Positions 25,501 through 35,500 of a stretch of DNA of 64,000 nt are shown here, in pieces. Both the position numbers and the translations under genes were made by a program. Location: positions 1 to 64,000 of IMG/VR virus record IMGVR_UViG_3300030099_004448; one strand, given 5' to 3'. Positions within the stretch are counted from its first letter, which is position 1, and every line of letters starts with the position of its first letter. The notes beneath the pieces are model-generated. The model saw only the letters and a program-made list of their open reading frames with translations, was not told the DNA's origin and searched no databases.

Positions 25501-28500
25501 TCTTATGAGAAGCAAAGATATAAGTCGGAAATTCCTATTTTAGAAGATGGAGTTGCAGGTTGTGATATTATTGATGTTAGACCAAGAGTTGTGCCATTTG
25601 ATGTAGCTACCGCTACAAGATCTCCATTTGAATATAATGCAAGAGCTTTTGCAAAGGCTACAAACTCCTCACCATTTAACTTTGTATCTGATAAAGCAAT
25701 TAACTTAGATTATAATTTCTATCTTGGTCGAATTGATAGAGTTTATCTGAATAAAGATGGTGAGTTCTTCCTAGCGGAAGGTGTACCATCTAAAGAACCT
25801 AAGGAACCTCAAGTGATTGATGGGTCTTTGGATGTGGGAACTATTACAGTTCCACCATATGTATTTAAAACTGATGATGTGGAAGTAGTTCTTACTCCAC
25901 ATAAGAGATATAGAATGATCGATATCTCCCAACTTGAAGATAGACTTACAACTGTTGAAAATTATACTGCACTTTCTTTACTTGAAACTGAAACTAAAAA
26001 CTTAACCATCAGAGACTCTCAGACTGGTTTAGATAGATTTAAGTCTGGATTCTTTGTTGATAACTTTAGATCAGTATTTGGTGGCGAGACTGCTGCATCC
26101 GACTACAGATGTTCTATTGACACTCTTGAAGGTCACTTAAGACCAACTCATTATACTACTGCTGTTGATTTACTTCTCGGATCTGAAGCGGTTATTGGTT
26201 CATCTGGAACACCAGATCCAGCAGCCGATCTTAGATTTGTTCAAGATCTTGGAACTCCTAATACTATTAAAAAAGGTGATGTTATTTGTTTAAACTATGA
26301 TGATGTAGTTTACTTTGCAAATAAATTTGCTACTAGATCCGAAAACGTTAATCCTTTCCATGTTGTTAACTGGATTGGTGCTATTGAACTTAATCCAGCA
26401 ACTGATACTTGGATTGAAACTAAAAAAACCAAGAGAACTGCAGACATTGAAGGCAATTACAAGACAACTATGCAGCAAACTGGTGCTGATAGTAATACTG
26501 GTTTAGCTCCTGTAGAGTGGGGTTCTTGGAATACAACTTGGAGAGGAACACAGGTAACGGGAAGAACTCGTACTAGAACTAGGATTGATAGTAGAAGGAT
26601 TGGTAGAACTACAACCAGAGGACCTAGAAGAAGTAGAGGTAGACTAGAGACGACTAGAACTACAAGGAGAGATACCTTTATCCAGTTTACAAATACCACA
26701 ACTCTTACTACTAGAAGACAACAGAGAACTGGTACTCAACTTAAAGTTACTGAAAGATTTGACTCTACAAATCTAGGGGACAGAGTTGTTTCTACTGAAG
26801 TTATTCATACAATGAGAAGTAGAAACATTGAATTTATTGCAAGAAGAATGAAACCTAATGGTAGGGTTTATCCATTCTTCGATAATGTGGATATGTCCAA
26901 GTACGTTATCCCCAAACTCATTGAAATTGAAATGATATCTGGAACTTTCCAAGTTGGTGAAGTTCTTGTTGGTAATAGTGGTGCTGTTTCAGTACGAGTT
27001 AGAGTTGCAAAAGCAGACCATAAGTATGGTCCTTATAACGCACCAAGTCAAACTTATAAACAGAATCCATACAAGACTGGTGAAATTCTACCAAAAGCAT
27101 ATTCAACCACTTCTTCAGTTCTAAACATTGATACTGCAGGTTTGGAACTTCAATCTGCTTCTGGTTATTATGGATATATTGTGAAGGATATGAAACTTGT
27201 AGGTCAATCCAGTGGTGCAGTTGCGAAAATTAAAGAAATAAGACTTAAAGCTGATAATTCTGGAACTATTATTGGTTCTCTATTCTTACCAGACCCAACT
27301 CTTTCATCTACACCATCTTTCAGTACTGGAACGAAGACTTTCTCTCTAACTTCTAGTAAAACCAAGTCAACTATTGTTGGCACTAAGGATAGTGAAGCAG
27401 AAACCACATACAGTGCTTCTGGAACTCTACAAAATGTGGAGAATCTAACCCTTAGAATGAGAAATGCAGATGTTGAAAGAAATACTCAAACTCAGGGAAG
27501 AACTAGAACTAGTTCGAGAACTAGACAGAGAGCTCGCACAACCTTCAGAGATAGAACTACCACTCAGAGAAGATGGGTTGACCCACTTGCACAATCATTT
27601 GAAGTTCCAGATACAAATGGTATCTTTATCTCTAAGGTAGATTTCTTCTTCAGAACAGTTGATACTGCAGGTCTTCCAGTTACTTGTCAGATCAGAACAA
27701 TGCAAACTGGTCTGCCAACTCAAACAATTGTTCCGTTTGGCGAAACTGTATTAACTCCAGATCAAGTTAGTGTTTCCAACGATTCAAGTGTACCAACTAC
27801 ATTTGAGTTCCCATCTCCAGTTTATCTTGCACCAAACCAAGCATATTGTTTCGTTCTCCTATCTGCATCTAATGAATATAATGTTTGGATTTCGAGAATG
27901 GGTGAAGTAGATGTTTCTACCTTGGATAAGGCAGAATCTGAACAAATTATTGTTGCACAACAACCACTATTAGGTTCCCTATTTAAATCTCAGAATGGTG
28001 CAACATGGGATCCTGCACAATATGAAGATCTTAAGTTGACTGCATATAGAGCAGAATTCTTTGAAGGTTCTTCTACTGCAAGATTTTACAATCCAGATCT
28101 TGATATTGGTAATAATCAAATTGCAAGTCTCGATCTGAATCCACTGGAGACTACTTCTAAATCTATTCTCGTAGGTATCGCTAAGAGTCTATCCACTGCG
28201 GAAACTGGAGCTTTAACTCCAGGTGTTAAAGTATTGCAACAAAGTAATCCTGGATTCTCTGGAAATCTAAGAAGTCTTGTAGGTGCTATTGGTATCAGTA
28301 GTGATTTAACCATTACTAATGCAGGAACTGCATTTACTTCTGCAAGCACTACCTATGCTAATGTAGATCTGATTTCTCTTACTGGTAAAGGTAGTGGTGC
28401 AAAAGCAACAGTTACTGTCAATGGTGGTGTTGCAGTTGCTGCTACAGTATCGATTGGTGGTACTGGTTATGCATTTGGTGACTCTTTGACAGTAGATTAT

Positions 28501-30087
28501 GCAGATACTGGAAACTTTGGTAAGAATTTGATTCTATCAATTCCAAATACTGTTGGCGTTATCTCTGCATTTAACTCACTAATCATTGATAGAGTTCAAG
28601 GTAATATTGCAGTTGATGCTTCATCCACTCTATTCTATGTTGGTACTGGTGGAACTGCAAATATCAGTGGTGCATCAAATGTTAAGTATGCAGAAACTCT
28701 AAGTGATGGACTTCATCTTAAAGTTCGTCATTCAAATCACGGAATGTATTCTGTTAATAACTTTGTTACTCTATCTGGAATTCAACCAGATCAAAAACCA
28801 TCAAAGATTGAAGCAAAGTATACTCCATCATCAACTGGAGATTTGGTTGTAGAAAATGTCGGCATTTTCACTAGTTTTGAAAATATTCCAGTCGATAATA
28901 CAAATCCTGGTTATATTATTATTGATGATGAAATCATTAAATATACTGGAGTAAATACTGCTGCAAATTCCTTACAAGGAATCAGCAGAGCACAAGATAA
29001 TACTATTTCTGCAGAACACTCAATCAATGAACCAGTGTATAAGTATGAAATGAATGGTGTTTCTCTTAGAAGAATCAATAAAAAACATGATTTTTCCGAA
29101 GTTAATCACTCACTATTCCCAATTGACATGGATTCTTATCATATTAAGATTGATGCATCCGAGTCTGGAACAGATAGAACTACTGGAAATGCCAATTCAT
29201 TCCCAGTTCTATTCTTCAATGAAGATAAGAAGTGTGGTTCTTATGATCAACTATCACTTAAGAATTCTAATAGAACCCCACATGCAACTCAAAACATCCC
29301 ATTTAATGCTCTAACTCCTAATTTACAAACTGCAATTCCTGAAGGAACTACAGTTTCTGCGAAAGTTAGAACTTTCTCTGGAGGTTCTCCCGACAATCTT
29401 ACTCAAATATCATTCAATGATCAAGGATTTGAACCTATCAGTTTAGAGAGTACTAATTTCTTCGAGACTCCAAGAATAATTTGTTCTAAAGTCAATGAAG
29501 ATGAACATCTACAAGATTTCCCTGGTAAGAAATCATTCACAATTGAAGTTGCTCTTGAAACCACTGATCCAAAAGTTTCTCCAATGATCGACTTGGATAG
29601 AGTCAATGCTATTTTGACCACAAATAGAATCAACTCTAAGATCACGAATTTCTCTACTGATGGTAGAGTTAACTCCTTGACAGAAGATCCAAGTGCAGCA
29701 ACTTATGTTACCAAGATTATTAAACTTGAAAAAGGATCTGATAATTTGAAAGTATTCTTTGATGCATATAGACATTCTAGTAATGATATCAGAGTTCTTT
29801 ACAGACTGTTTAGAACAGATACTGATGAATCTAATCAATCCTACGAGTTGTTCCCTGGTTATAAGAACCTTGACGCAAATGGAAATGTAGTCAGTACTTC
29901 AGATAATGATGGTCTACCAGATAAGATCGTCGATTTCTCTAATACTGATGATGATTTTAGGAGTTATGAATATACTGCGAAAAATCTCCCCCTATTTAAT
30001 GGATTCCAAGTTAAAATCGTTATGAATGGAACTAATTTGGCAAAAGTTCCCTTGATTCGTGATCTCAGAGTTATCGCAACTGCTTAA
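22579..30087 (+). CDS. VrlC-like / DUF4815 large virion (baseplate/tail) protein (2502 aa)
   Basis: N-terminal LNASPYFDDFD...VLFKPGTPIQARELTTLQSILQ, APGADR, ARRTYDESGHY, RFKSGFFVDNF and WVDPLAQSF, hallmarks of this cyanophage structural family. Confidence 0.85.
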   Translation: MAQNINLNASPYFDDFDASNSYQRVLFKPGTPIQARELTTLQSILQDQVEQFGKHFFKEGSVVIPGQIAYDPDYFYVQIDANHLGVPVEIYLDALVGQTIKGQISGVKAKVVNYITSNTSERGNATLYVKYSTGSENDEGVNGNQKTVFDAGENLVVTQDVKYSLSTIRSESTFATTLLTDSVGEGSVAKIAEGVYFIRGFFVNVPAQEVILDQYGDTPSYRVGLFINEEITVASTENPDLFDNARGFSNFAAPGADRLKITTTLIKKSLDDLNDEDFIELLRIENGIVQKFVKDNPYNILNDELARRTYDESGHYYVTPFSIEVKESLNDQIGNDGVYLPNQQTQSGITPSDDFISLQISPGKAYVRGYEIETISTTSLDVPKARTTELKENSSIPFTLGRQFELNNVHGSLPVGFSTSTVSLRSERTASGGTAAGLEIGVARVYDLKLKNADYQNDATPFVVSLYDVQTYNYINLNSTIDLTLPAYIEGKNSSAHGYLVEAVSGSNQLKLYQVSGTFIPNEQIKINGEDDSRTIKDVRDYSMNDVKQLHSSTAAFTADVLLNRGIAIAPQGDQFSITSGGVIKSPNQTFSVGIQTGDIVAYAQEGDTVPTFNKVTAVSASAKTVTVSATTSVTGVSNGALPGGTITVTNVLKLVPQEFNLNEAYLYAPLEEINVSDTNLSESNIVVRKAYDVTISGNGLNQTLETDNSMTLEPFDEEDYNLTYTSTGAIESLDNSKLTVNGRTITLQDLSVASGSARLTVTFKKKDLTPKSKVYNRNAVLIVDKSSKEGSGTATTSFQDGLTFGKIFGTRVQDKQISLNVPDVQDVLAVFESNDENEPELPKLTLTNFNANILNTIKGEYIRGETSGAVATVVVNNATNQVDFVYLNEQSFQVDEKVTFAESQVTANVSAISVGDRDILPNFSLVPNQKPQFCDYSFLERNSDSAPPTRKLKIIFNHYVLNADDPGDFVTVDSYEKQRYKSEIPILEDGVAGCDIIDVRPRVVPFDVATATRSPFEYNARAFAKATNSSPFNFVSDKAINLDYNFYLGRIDRVYLNKDGEFFLAEGVPSKEPKEPQVIDGSLDVGTITVPPYVFKTDDVEVVLTPHKRYRMIDISQLEDRLTTVENYTALSLLETETKNLTIRDSQTGLDRFKSGFFVDNFRSVFGGETAASDYRCSIDTLEGHLRPTHYTTAVDLLLGSEAVIGSSGTPDPAADLRFVQDLGTPNTIKKGDVICLNYDDVVYFANKFATRSENVNPFHVVNWIGAIELNPATDTWIETKKTKRTADIEGNYKTTMQQTGADSNTGLAPVEWGSWNTTWRGTQVTGRTRTRTRIDSRRIGRTTTRGPRRSRGRLETTRTTRRDTFIQFTNTTTLTTRRQQRTGTQLKVTERFDSTNLGDRVVSTEVIHTMRSRNIEFIARRMKPNGRVYPFFDNVDMSKYVIPKLIEIEMISGTFQVGEVLVGNSGAVSVRVRVAKADHKYGPYNAPSQTYKQNPYKTGEILPKAYSTTSSVLNIDTAGLELQSASGYYGYIVKDMKLVGQSSGAVAKIKEIRLKADNSGTIIGSLFLPDPTLSSTPSFSTGTKTFSLTSSKTKSTIVGTKDSEAETTYSASGTLQNVENLTLRMRNADVERNTQTQGRTRTSSRTRQRARTTFRDRTTTQRRWVDPLAQSFEVPDTNGIFISKVDFFFRTVDTAGLPVTCQIRTMQTGLPTQTIVPFGETVLTPDQVSVSNDSSVPTTFEFPSPVYLAPNQAYCFVLLSASNEYNVWISRMGEVDVSTLDKAESEQIIVAQQPLLGSLFKSQNGATWDPAQYEDLKLTAYRAEFFEGSSTARFYNPDLDIGNNQIASLDLNPLETTSKSILVGIAKSLSTAETGALTPGVKVLQQSNPGFSGNLRSLVGAIGISSDLTITNAGTAFTSASTTYANVDLISLTGKGSGAKATVTVNGGVAVAATVSIGGTGYAFGDSLTVDYADTGNFGKNLILSIPNTVGVISAFNSLIIDRVQGNIAVDASSTLFYVGTGGTANISGASNVKYAETLSDGLHLKVRHSNHGMYSVNNFVTLSGIQPDQKPSKIEAKYTPSSTGDLVVENVGIFTSFENIPVDNTNPGYIIIDDEIIKYTGVNTAANSLQGISRAQDNTISAEHSINEPVYKYEMNGVSLRRINKKHDFSEVNHSLFPIDMDSYHIKIDASESGTDRTTGNANSFPVLFFNEDKKCGSYDQLSLKNSNRTPHATQNIPFNALTPNLQTAIPEGTTVSAKVRTFSGGSPDNLTQISFNDQGFEPISLESTNFFETPRIICSKVNEDEHLQDFPGKKSFTIEVALETTDPKVSPMIDLDRVNAILTTNRINSKITNFSTDGRVNSLTEDPSAATYVTKIIKLEKGSDNLKVFFDAYRHSSNDIRVLYRLFRTDTDESNQSYELFPGYKNLDANGNVVSTSDNDGLPDKIVDFSNTDDDFRSYEYTAKNLPLFNGFQVKIVMNGTNLAKVPLIRDLRVIATA

Positions 30088-30088
30088 T

Positions 30089-30316
30089 ATGGAAAAACGA
30101 CCAGTTAAAGACGTTCCTGGGTTATTTCGTTTAGACAGCGGAGCAATCGTAAATTGCTCCGACTCTGAATATAATAATTATATGGAAGCAAAAAAACTCA
30201 AGTTAAAAGAACTTGAAGAAAAACAAAGTGAAAAAGAAGAAATCCAACAATTAAAGTCGGATGTGGAAGATTTAAAAGACATGTTAAAACTGGTCTTAAA
30301 TAAATTGGATAAATAA
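30089..30316 (+). CDS. Small conserved coiled-coil protein (75 aa)
   Basis: ATG at 30089 (MEKRPVKDVPGLFR...) right after the upstream stop. SGAIVN motif and a C-terminal heptad pattern. Confidence 0.8.
   Translation: MEKRPVKDVPGLFRLDSGAIVNCSDSEYNNYMEAKKLKLKELEEKQSEKEEIQQLKSDVEDLKDMLKLVLNKLDK
30309..30315 (+). promoter_or_regulatory. T4-type late promoter (ATAAATA)
   Basis: Overlaps the stop of the upstream ORF, 23 nt before ATG 30338. Confidence 0.55.
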
Positions 30317-30337
30317 CTAAAACTGTAAGTTCTAATA

Positions 30338-30673
30338 ATGGCGGCAAGGAATGTAAATCTAGTTCTTGAGCAGGGTGTTGACTTTCAAGCCACTTTTACC
30401 ATTAATAATGCATTTAACAATGCACCTTTGAATCTTACTGGTTATACTGGAATCTCTTCCATAAGAAAACACCCATCCTCAACAACTGCGTATCCACTGA
30501 CAGTATCTTTTCCAGATCGTTTGAAGGGAAAGGTAAAAGTTTCTATGGGATACACTGCCTCAAGTGCAATTGAAGGTGGTCGTTATGTTTATGATCTAAT
30601 TTTGGTGTCCACGAACGATTATAGAACAAGAGCTGTTCAAGGTAATGTTCTAGTAACCCCAGGTGTTGTCTGA
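30338..30673 (+). CDS. Virion structural protein, Ig-like/BppU-like fold (111 aa)
   Basis: NLVLEQGVDF..TFTI, LNLTGYT...IRKH, GRYVYDL and RAVQG.V.VTPGV motifs. Confidence 0.8.
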   Translation: MAARNVNLVLEQGVDFQATFTINNAFNNAPLNLTGYTGISSIRKHPSSTTAYPLTVSFPDRLKGKVKVSMGYTASSAIEGGRYVYDLILVSTNDYRTRAVQGNVLVTPGVV

Positions 30674-31350
30674 TGGCAGAATACGTAGTATCGGTAGATC
30701 AAAGTCCAGAATATGATGTTGGTGTCAATTATGAGATACCATCAAAATCTATTCAGAATGCCAATCTTATTCTGGATCATCTGAACTCTCAGTTCGATGG
30801 ATCAAAGACATTATTTGCACTAACTCATAATAACAATGTCTATGCTCCTATAAATGATCAACAAATTATAGTTGTTAAAAACAATTTGGTCCTAGAACCA
30901 CTTGAAGATTATAATATTTCTGGTAGTAATATACAGTTTGCTGTTGCACCTACCTCAACTGATGATGTATTCATTATTGCTTTACAGTATACAGCTGATC
31001 TAACCAGAACAGTTAATTTTATCGTAGATTCTGGATCTGCAGATATGAATACAGGTTTGAAAGGTTCACTTACATTAGATGTAACGGGCACTATTGAACA
31101 CGTTCAAATAATGTCGGATCAAATTGGTAGTGTTCAGGTGGATATTAAAAAATCGGATTACACATCCTTTCCAACAAGCAATAGCATAACAAATAGTCAA
31201 TATATCAGTATAAGTAATGGTCAAATTGTCAGAGATGATACCCTAAATAATTGGGATAATATAATCCGATCGGGTGACATACTGCAATTTGAAGTCATTT
31301 CGGTCAGTAATATCAGGAGATTTCTAATCTCTTTGAAATTAAATTTATAA
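30673..31350 (+). CDS. Virion structural protein (225 aa)
   Basis: LD.LNSQFDG.KT.F.LT module, also seen in gp7 (FDDFSSQFNGFRKKFTLT), plus a C-terminal GD.L.FEV.S module. TGATG coupling. Confidence 0.8.
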   Translation: MAEYVVSVDQSPEYDVGVNYEIPSKSIQNANLILDHLNSQFDGSKTLFALTHNNNVYAPINDQQIIVVKNNLVLEPLEDYNISGSNIQFAVAPTSTDDVFIIALQYTADLTRTVNFIVDSGSADMNTGLKGSLTLDVTGTIEHVQIMSDQIGSVQVDIKKSDYTSFPTSNSITNSQYISISNGQIVRDDTLNNWDNIIRSGDILQFEVISVSNIRRFLISLKLNL

Positions 31351-31353
31351 ATA
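31346..31353 (+). promoter_or_regulatory. T4 late promoter (TATAAATA)
   Basis: Perfect T4 late consensus, 44 nt before ATG 31397. Confidence 0.8.
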
Positions 31354-31396
31354 ACAATAGTTATTTCATCTGTAGCCAAGAAGGGAGTTGTTTTAA

Positions 31397-32404
31397 ATGG
31401 CACTATTAGTCCCCAATATTGGAGAACTTGAATCACTAAGGTACTTGGTTGCAAATAACAACCACGTTCCTACTCTTGGTGATCAGTCCCCCAGAAACCT
31501 TGTTCTCAAACTGTTCACATCGAACACCACCCCAGCGGAGTCTGACGTACCTTCGCCAACCGCATATTTTGAACCATATGGTGTAGGTAACACCAATGCA
31601 TACGGTTATGCACCTACAACTGGTTATCCGTTCTGCGTAAATAACAGAACTGATCAGTCGTATACCCAACAAACAGGTATCCTTCTTAACGGTTCTCGTT
31701 GGACCATTGCTCAGGTTGGTTCTGGTACTACTGCAACGTATCCAGAGCAAACTTTCACATTCGATGGTGCTGCTGGTGACGTATACGGCTACTACGTTAC
31801 TCGTGCTAACAACATGCCATCTACTGTACAAGGTGTTGTACATGGAGCAGATGTTGGTATTGGAACCACAGTAAGCCTTGGAAACAACTCTGACCCCGTT
31901 ATCGGTGTTATTGGTAACTCATATCTCACAGTTGATGCTAACCAGAGTGTAGATAGTATCACTCTTGGAATGGTTGTTGGAGGTAATGCTGGTATTGTAA
32001 CGGGAACTAAGGTTATTGGTGTTGACAGAGCACTGAAAGTTATCTATTTGGATAATGCACTGATCGATAACATTCAGGTTGCAACCGACCCCGATGTTAC
32101 ATTCAGTTTCTCCAAAATTTCTGCAACTAATCACGGATTAGTCGCTGGTGACATCATTTATATTGCTGCAGGTACTGCAAACACCACTACCTCAGCTGGA
32201 ACTTATACCGTATTCAACGTACCAAACAATAACGAGTTTACAACAACTCCTGCACTTAACCCAACTCAAAATGCTGTTGGTGGTGCTGGAACATGTACCC
32301 TCTACTCCAGCATCATGTATGCTGAGAGATTCACCAACGGACCATACACGATCCAAAATAACGGTGACCAAATTAAGATCACACTGAATGTCGCACTTGA
32401 CTGA
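31397..32404 (+). CDS. Virion structural protein (335 aa)
   Basis: MALLVPNIGE..SLRYL, LVLKLFTSNTTPAESD, VYGYYVT and YAERFTNGPY.IQNNGDQIKITLN motifs of a conserved cyanophage structural family; AGGGAG RBS. Confidence 0.82.
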   Translation: MALLVPNIGELESLRYLVANNNHVPTLGDQSPRNLVLKLFTSNTTPAESDVPSPTAYFEPYGVGNTNAYGYAPTTGYPFCVNNRTDQSYTQQTGILLNGSRWTIAQVGSGTTATYPEQTFTFDGAAGDVYGYYVTRANNMPSTVQGVVHGADVGIGTTVSLGNNSDPVIGVIGNSYLTVDANQSVDSITLGMVVGGNAGIVTGTKVIGVDRALKVIYLDNALIDNIQVATDPDVTFSFSKISATNHGLVAGDIIYIAAGTANTTTSAGTYTVFNVPNNNEFTTTPALNPTQNAVGGAGTCTLYSSIMYAERFTNGPYTIQNNGDQIKITLNVALD

Positions 32405-32443
32405 TATTATATCTTGTTTCTTAATTTAATAGTTTTGAATTGT

Positions 32444-32480
32444 GAGGGGGTTGCTTATTATGAAGCGATCCCCTCCTTTG
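32444..32480 (+). terminator. Intrinsic terminator
   Basis: GAGGGGGTTGCTT-ATTATG-AAGCGATCCCCTC 13-bp stem followed by CTTTG, downstream of the 335-aa gene. Confidence 0.75.
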
Positions 32481-32511
32481 TGATCTCTAAACTATATGTT
32501 AGGTCGTACTG

Positions 32512-35500
32512 ATGCCAAGCGTCTATAAGTATAATCTGGAACAAGCGGATTTTCCTTATGAACAGGAAGATTATGGAACTCTTTCGGGTTCTGTATCATC
32601 TACTGTTGATTATGGAAGTGGTTTGCCTGTTCAGAGTATACCAGATTATAGTACGGACCTGTATTATCCTCCAACTCCAATTCCCTCTACTCCGCCAGGG
32701 TTACCTTATTTAAATTTCGGATTTATTTACGAAACCCAGGATCAATATCCTGGCGGCGGTCTCACTACAAGTGGATTGATTGGAGAGGCTAAGACTACTA
32801 AAGATTATACACCCCCACTTGACCTTTACATTATTCTTGCTGGAGAAGTACTCAAGAAACTTGTTAAGGTCTGGGTTGGTACTGGTCAACTCTTCGAGAT
32901 AAGAGAAGACGGTGGTATAAGATTAATAAGACAAACTGGCGAAGCTTCGGGAACTCTCCGATTCGACGAAAGCACCGTGGGTGCTACGGAGAAAGTCTCT
33001 TTTAACCCACCAGAGAACAACCAACTATACAGCATTTCGGGCTCTTCTGTTGAGAAGTTTGTAGCTAATACTCCAGAAGATACCATACTGTTCTCTGCTG
33101 GTGGCGTTGGTCTAACCAGACAAGAGTGGAATTACGGTTATTACGGAGACGACAACGATCCTGGCACATCAGGTATTGTTACACTTGGTGCAGGTTCTGT
33201 ACCTACTGGTGTTTCATTCATCGTCGAACTGGACGGTAATGGATCACTATTCAGTCTTGGCGAGAAAGACGAAAGTGTAACTTGGAGTTATAACAAATCT
33301 TCTATCGGATTTGGCACAGAAGATTGGGGTTATGTTTACGAACAGGCAGCTCCAATTAATTGGGGATTTATTACCGATCCCGTTGGTGGAAGTGATCAGA
33401 ACTGGGGACTTATTACCGAAACGGATTTCACCGAGTTACCGTTCGGTTCAATCCTCTTCGATCAGACTGTAGAAGGCGATACAAGACTATTATATCTCTA
33501 TCAAGTTACTGGTGCTGGTACTTCTGGTGGTATCACCATCTCAGGCAGACCTCTCGTCCACCCAGACGTAGATTATACGCCTCATTATGGTATTGATCAG
33601 AATATTGGTATAGGGACCACTGGCATCCAGATTAGTGGTGAGATTGAAAATCCAACTAGAACCTTTTCACATGAGGCTTCTGGTAATATCAAGTTCCTAC
33701 GATCCATATTCGAGGGTAGTAATCTCACTCTTGATGGATCAACTCCAACATTTGATAGTGATCAACAATATTGGGATTCCACTCAAGGCACTGCAGCCAA
33801 AGAAAGCTTTACTGGAGATCCCCCAGAAGAAGTTATACTTTACAATACTTCTGGTACTGCATCTGAGACATTTATTGCTCAAACTCCAGAAGATGTCGTT
33901 CTCTTCAGAATATCTGGAGAAATTGAAGAACCTCTTCTCACGTTCAGTGAAGTTGGTGTTCCTGGAGTTATTACTCTCACAGGAACCGCTGTCGAACGTC
34001 AGACTGATGATTATGCTGGTGTTGGAATTGCGACCTTTGTTGGAGATGCAGCCACCAGACCGATTGGTGTATTTGGTCAAGGTGGCACCTCCACTGACGG
34101 TGGCGGTATTACCATCCTCGGCGAACTTAATCATCCAAATATTGATTACACGCCACATTATGGTATTGACCAGAATATTGGCGTTGGTACAACTGGTATC
34201 CTGTTCTCCATCGGTCCAGGTGGATTTGATATTGCCGGAAATCCAATTGGTGGAAGATACTACTCACCAATTTACCCAGGCAATGCAGGTGGAGTTGAAG
34301 GACCTGGTAGTCCTGGCATTGGCACCTTCAGACTTAATGATGATAGAGAACTTACTATCACTAGAGCTCTACTACCATACTTTGGTAGAGGCACTATTAA
34401 TGTCACAGGTATTGCTTCTGAGGCATTCGGCAATCAAGTCGATGATGATGTAAATGTAATCCTATTCGATATAAGTGGAGACGCTATAGAGCGTCCTGTT
34501 CAGGTATATGGTTACTATGGCGATGATCGTGATCCAGGTACTTCTGGAATTATCACCATATCTACCCAAACTACTGAAACGGTAGAGAAAGTTGTATATG
34601 ATTATGTTGGATCTGGAAATGCCAACTTCTCTGGTGCTGCTTCTGATGTCAGATTAGTAACTGCATATGAGGCATCTGGAACTCTATTCGTTCAGGGAGG
34701 ATCCGCAGAGGCAAGAACTGCAGATCCTGCAGATGAAACAGTACTCTATACTTTCTCTGGAAACGCTCTAGAATCTTACAACAGAGCTCCTGTTATTGGA
34801 TCAGGAACTCTGACTGTAAGTGGTGCTGTTTCCGATATCAAGACTACCTTTGATGAGGTCGGATCTGGTACGATTGAGTTTAGTGATAGTGCTATCGCTC
34901 AAGTTAGATACGTTCCTTCAATCTTTGGCAGTGTACTGTTCAAAGTTGGACTAAATCTCGATATTACTTGTGATAATGATGTATTTGAGTGCGATCACTT
35001 TAGTGATGCTCTATACTCATTCACTAAGAATCTTACTGATGAGAACGAAACTGCATCTCTCACAGTTTCTGGTTCTGCTGGAACTAGAGAGGTTGACCTC
35101 TTCCAGGATTATACAACTACTGGAAATCTTACATTCTCCAGTTCTGCAACAGAAAGGTTTACATTTACTCCAGAAACTTCTGGTACGTTCTCCATTACAG
35201 GAATTGCAGAAGAATCTTATTCGAGAGCAAACTTCTCTGGTTCTGGAACATTCTCTACTCTCAATGGAGCTGCAGAGAAATTCAGATTCAATCCAGTTGG
35301 TGGAACTATTCTTTATGACATTGGTGGATCTTCTACCACAAGAATTGAAAAAGAATACACAGCAGTTGGACTCGGATTTGCAACGTTCTCTGGTTCTGCA
35401 GAAACTAGAATCGAAAGAGAACTTAGAGTTTCTAACACTGTTCTATTCCAAGTTTCTGGTGAACTTAATCATCCAAACATTCAATATATTCCCCACTATA

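Noticed and set aside
33635-34453. 272-aa ORF in an alternative + frame inside the 1089-aa gene (also 34970-35695, 241 aa)
   Set aside because: The L/V-rich translation is the expected shadow of Gly/Thr/Ser codons ending in T. There is no RBS or motif, and the main frame is a coherent repeat protein.
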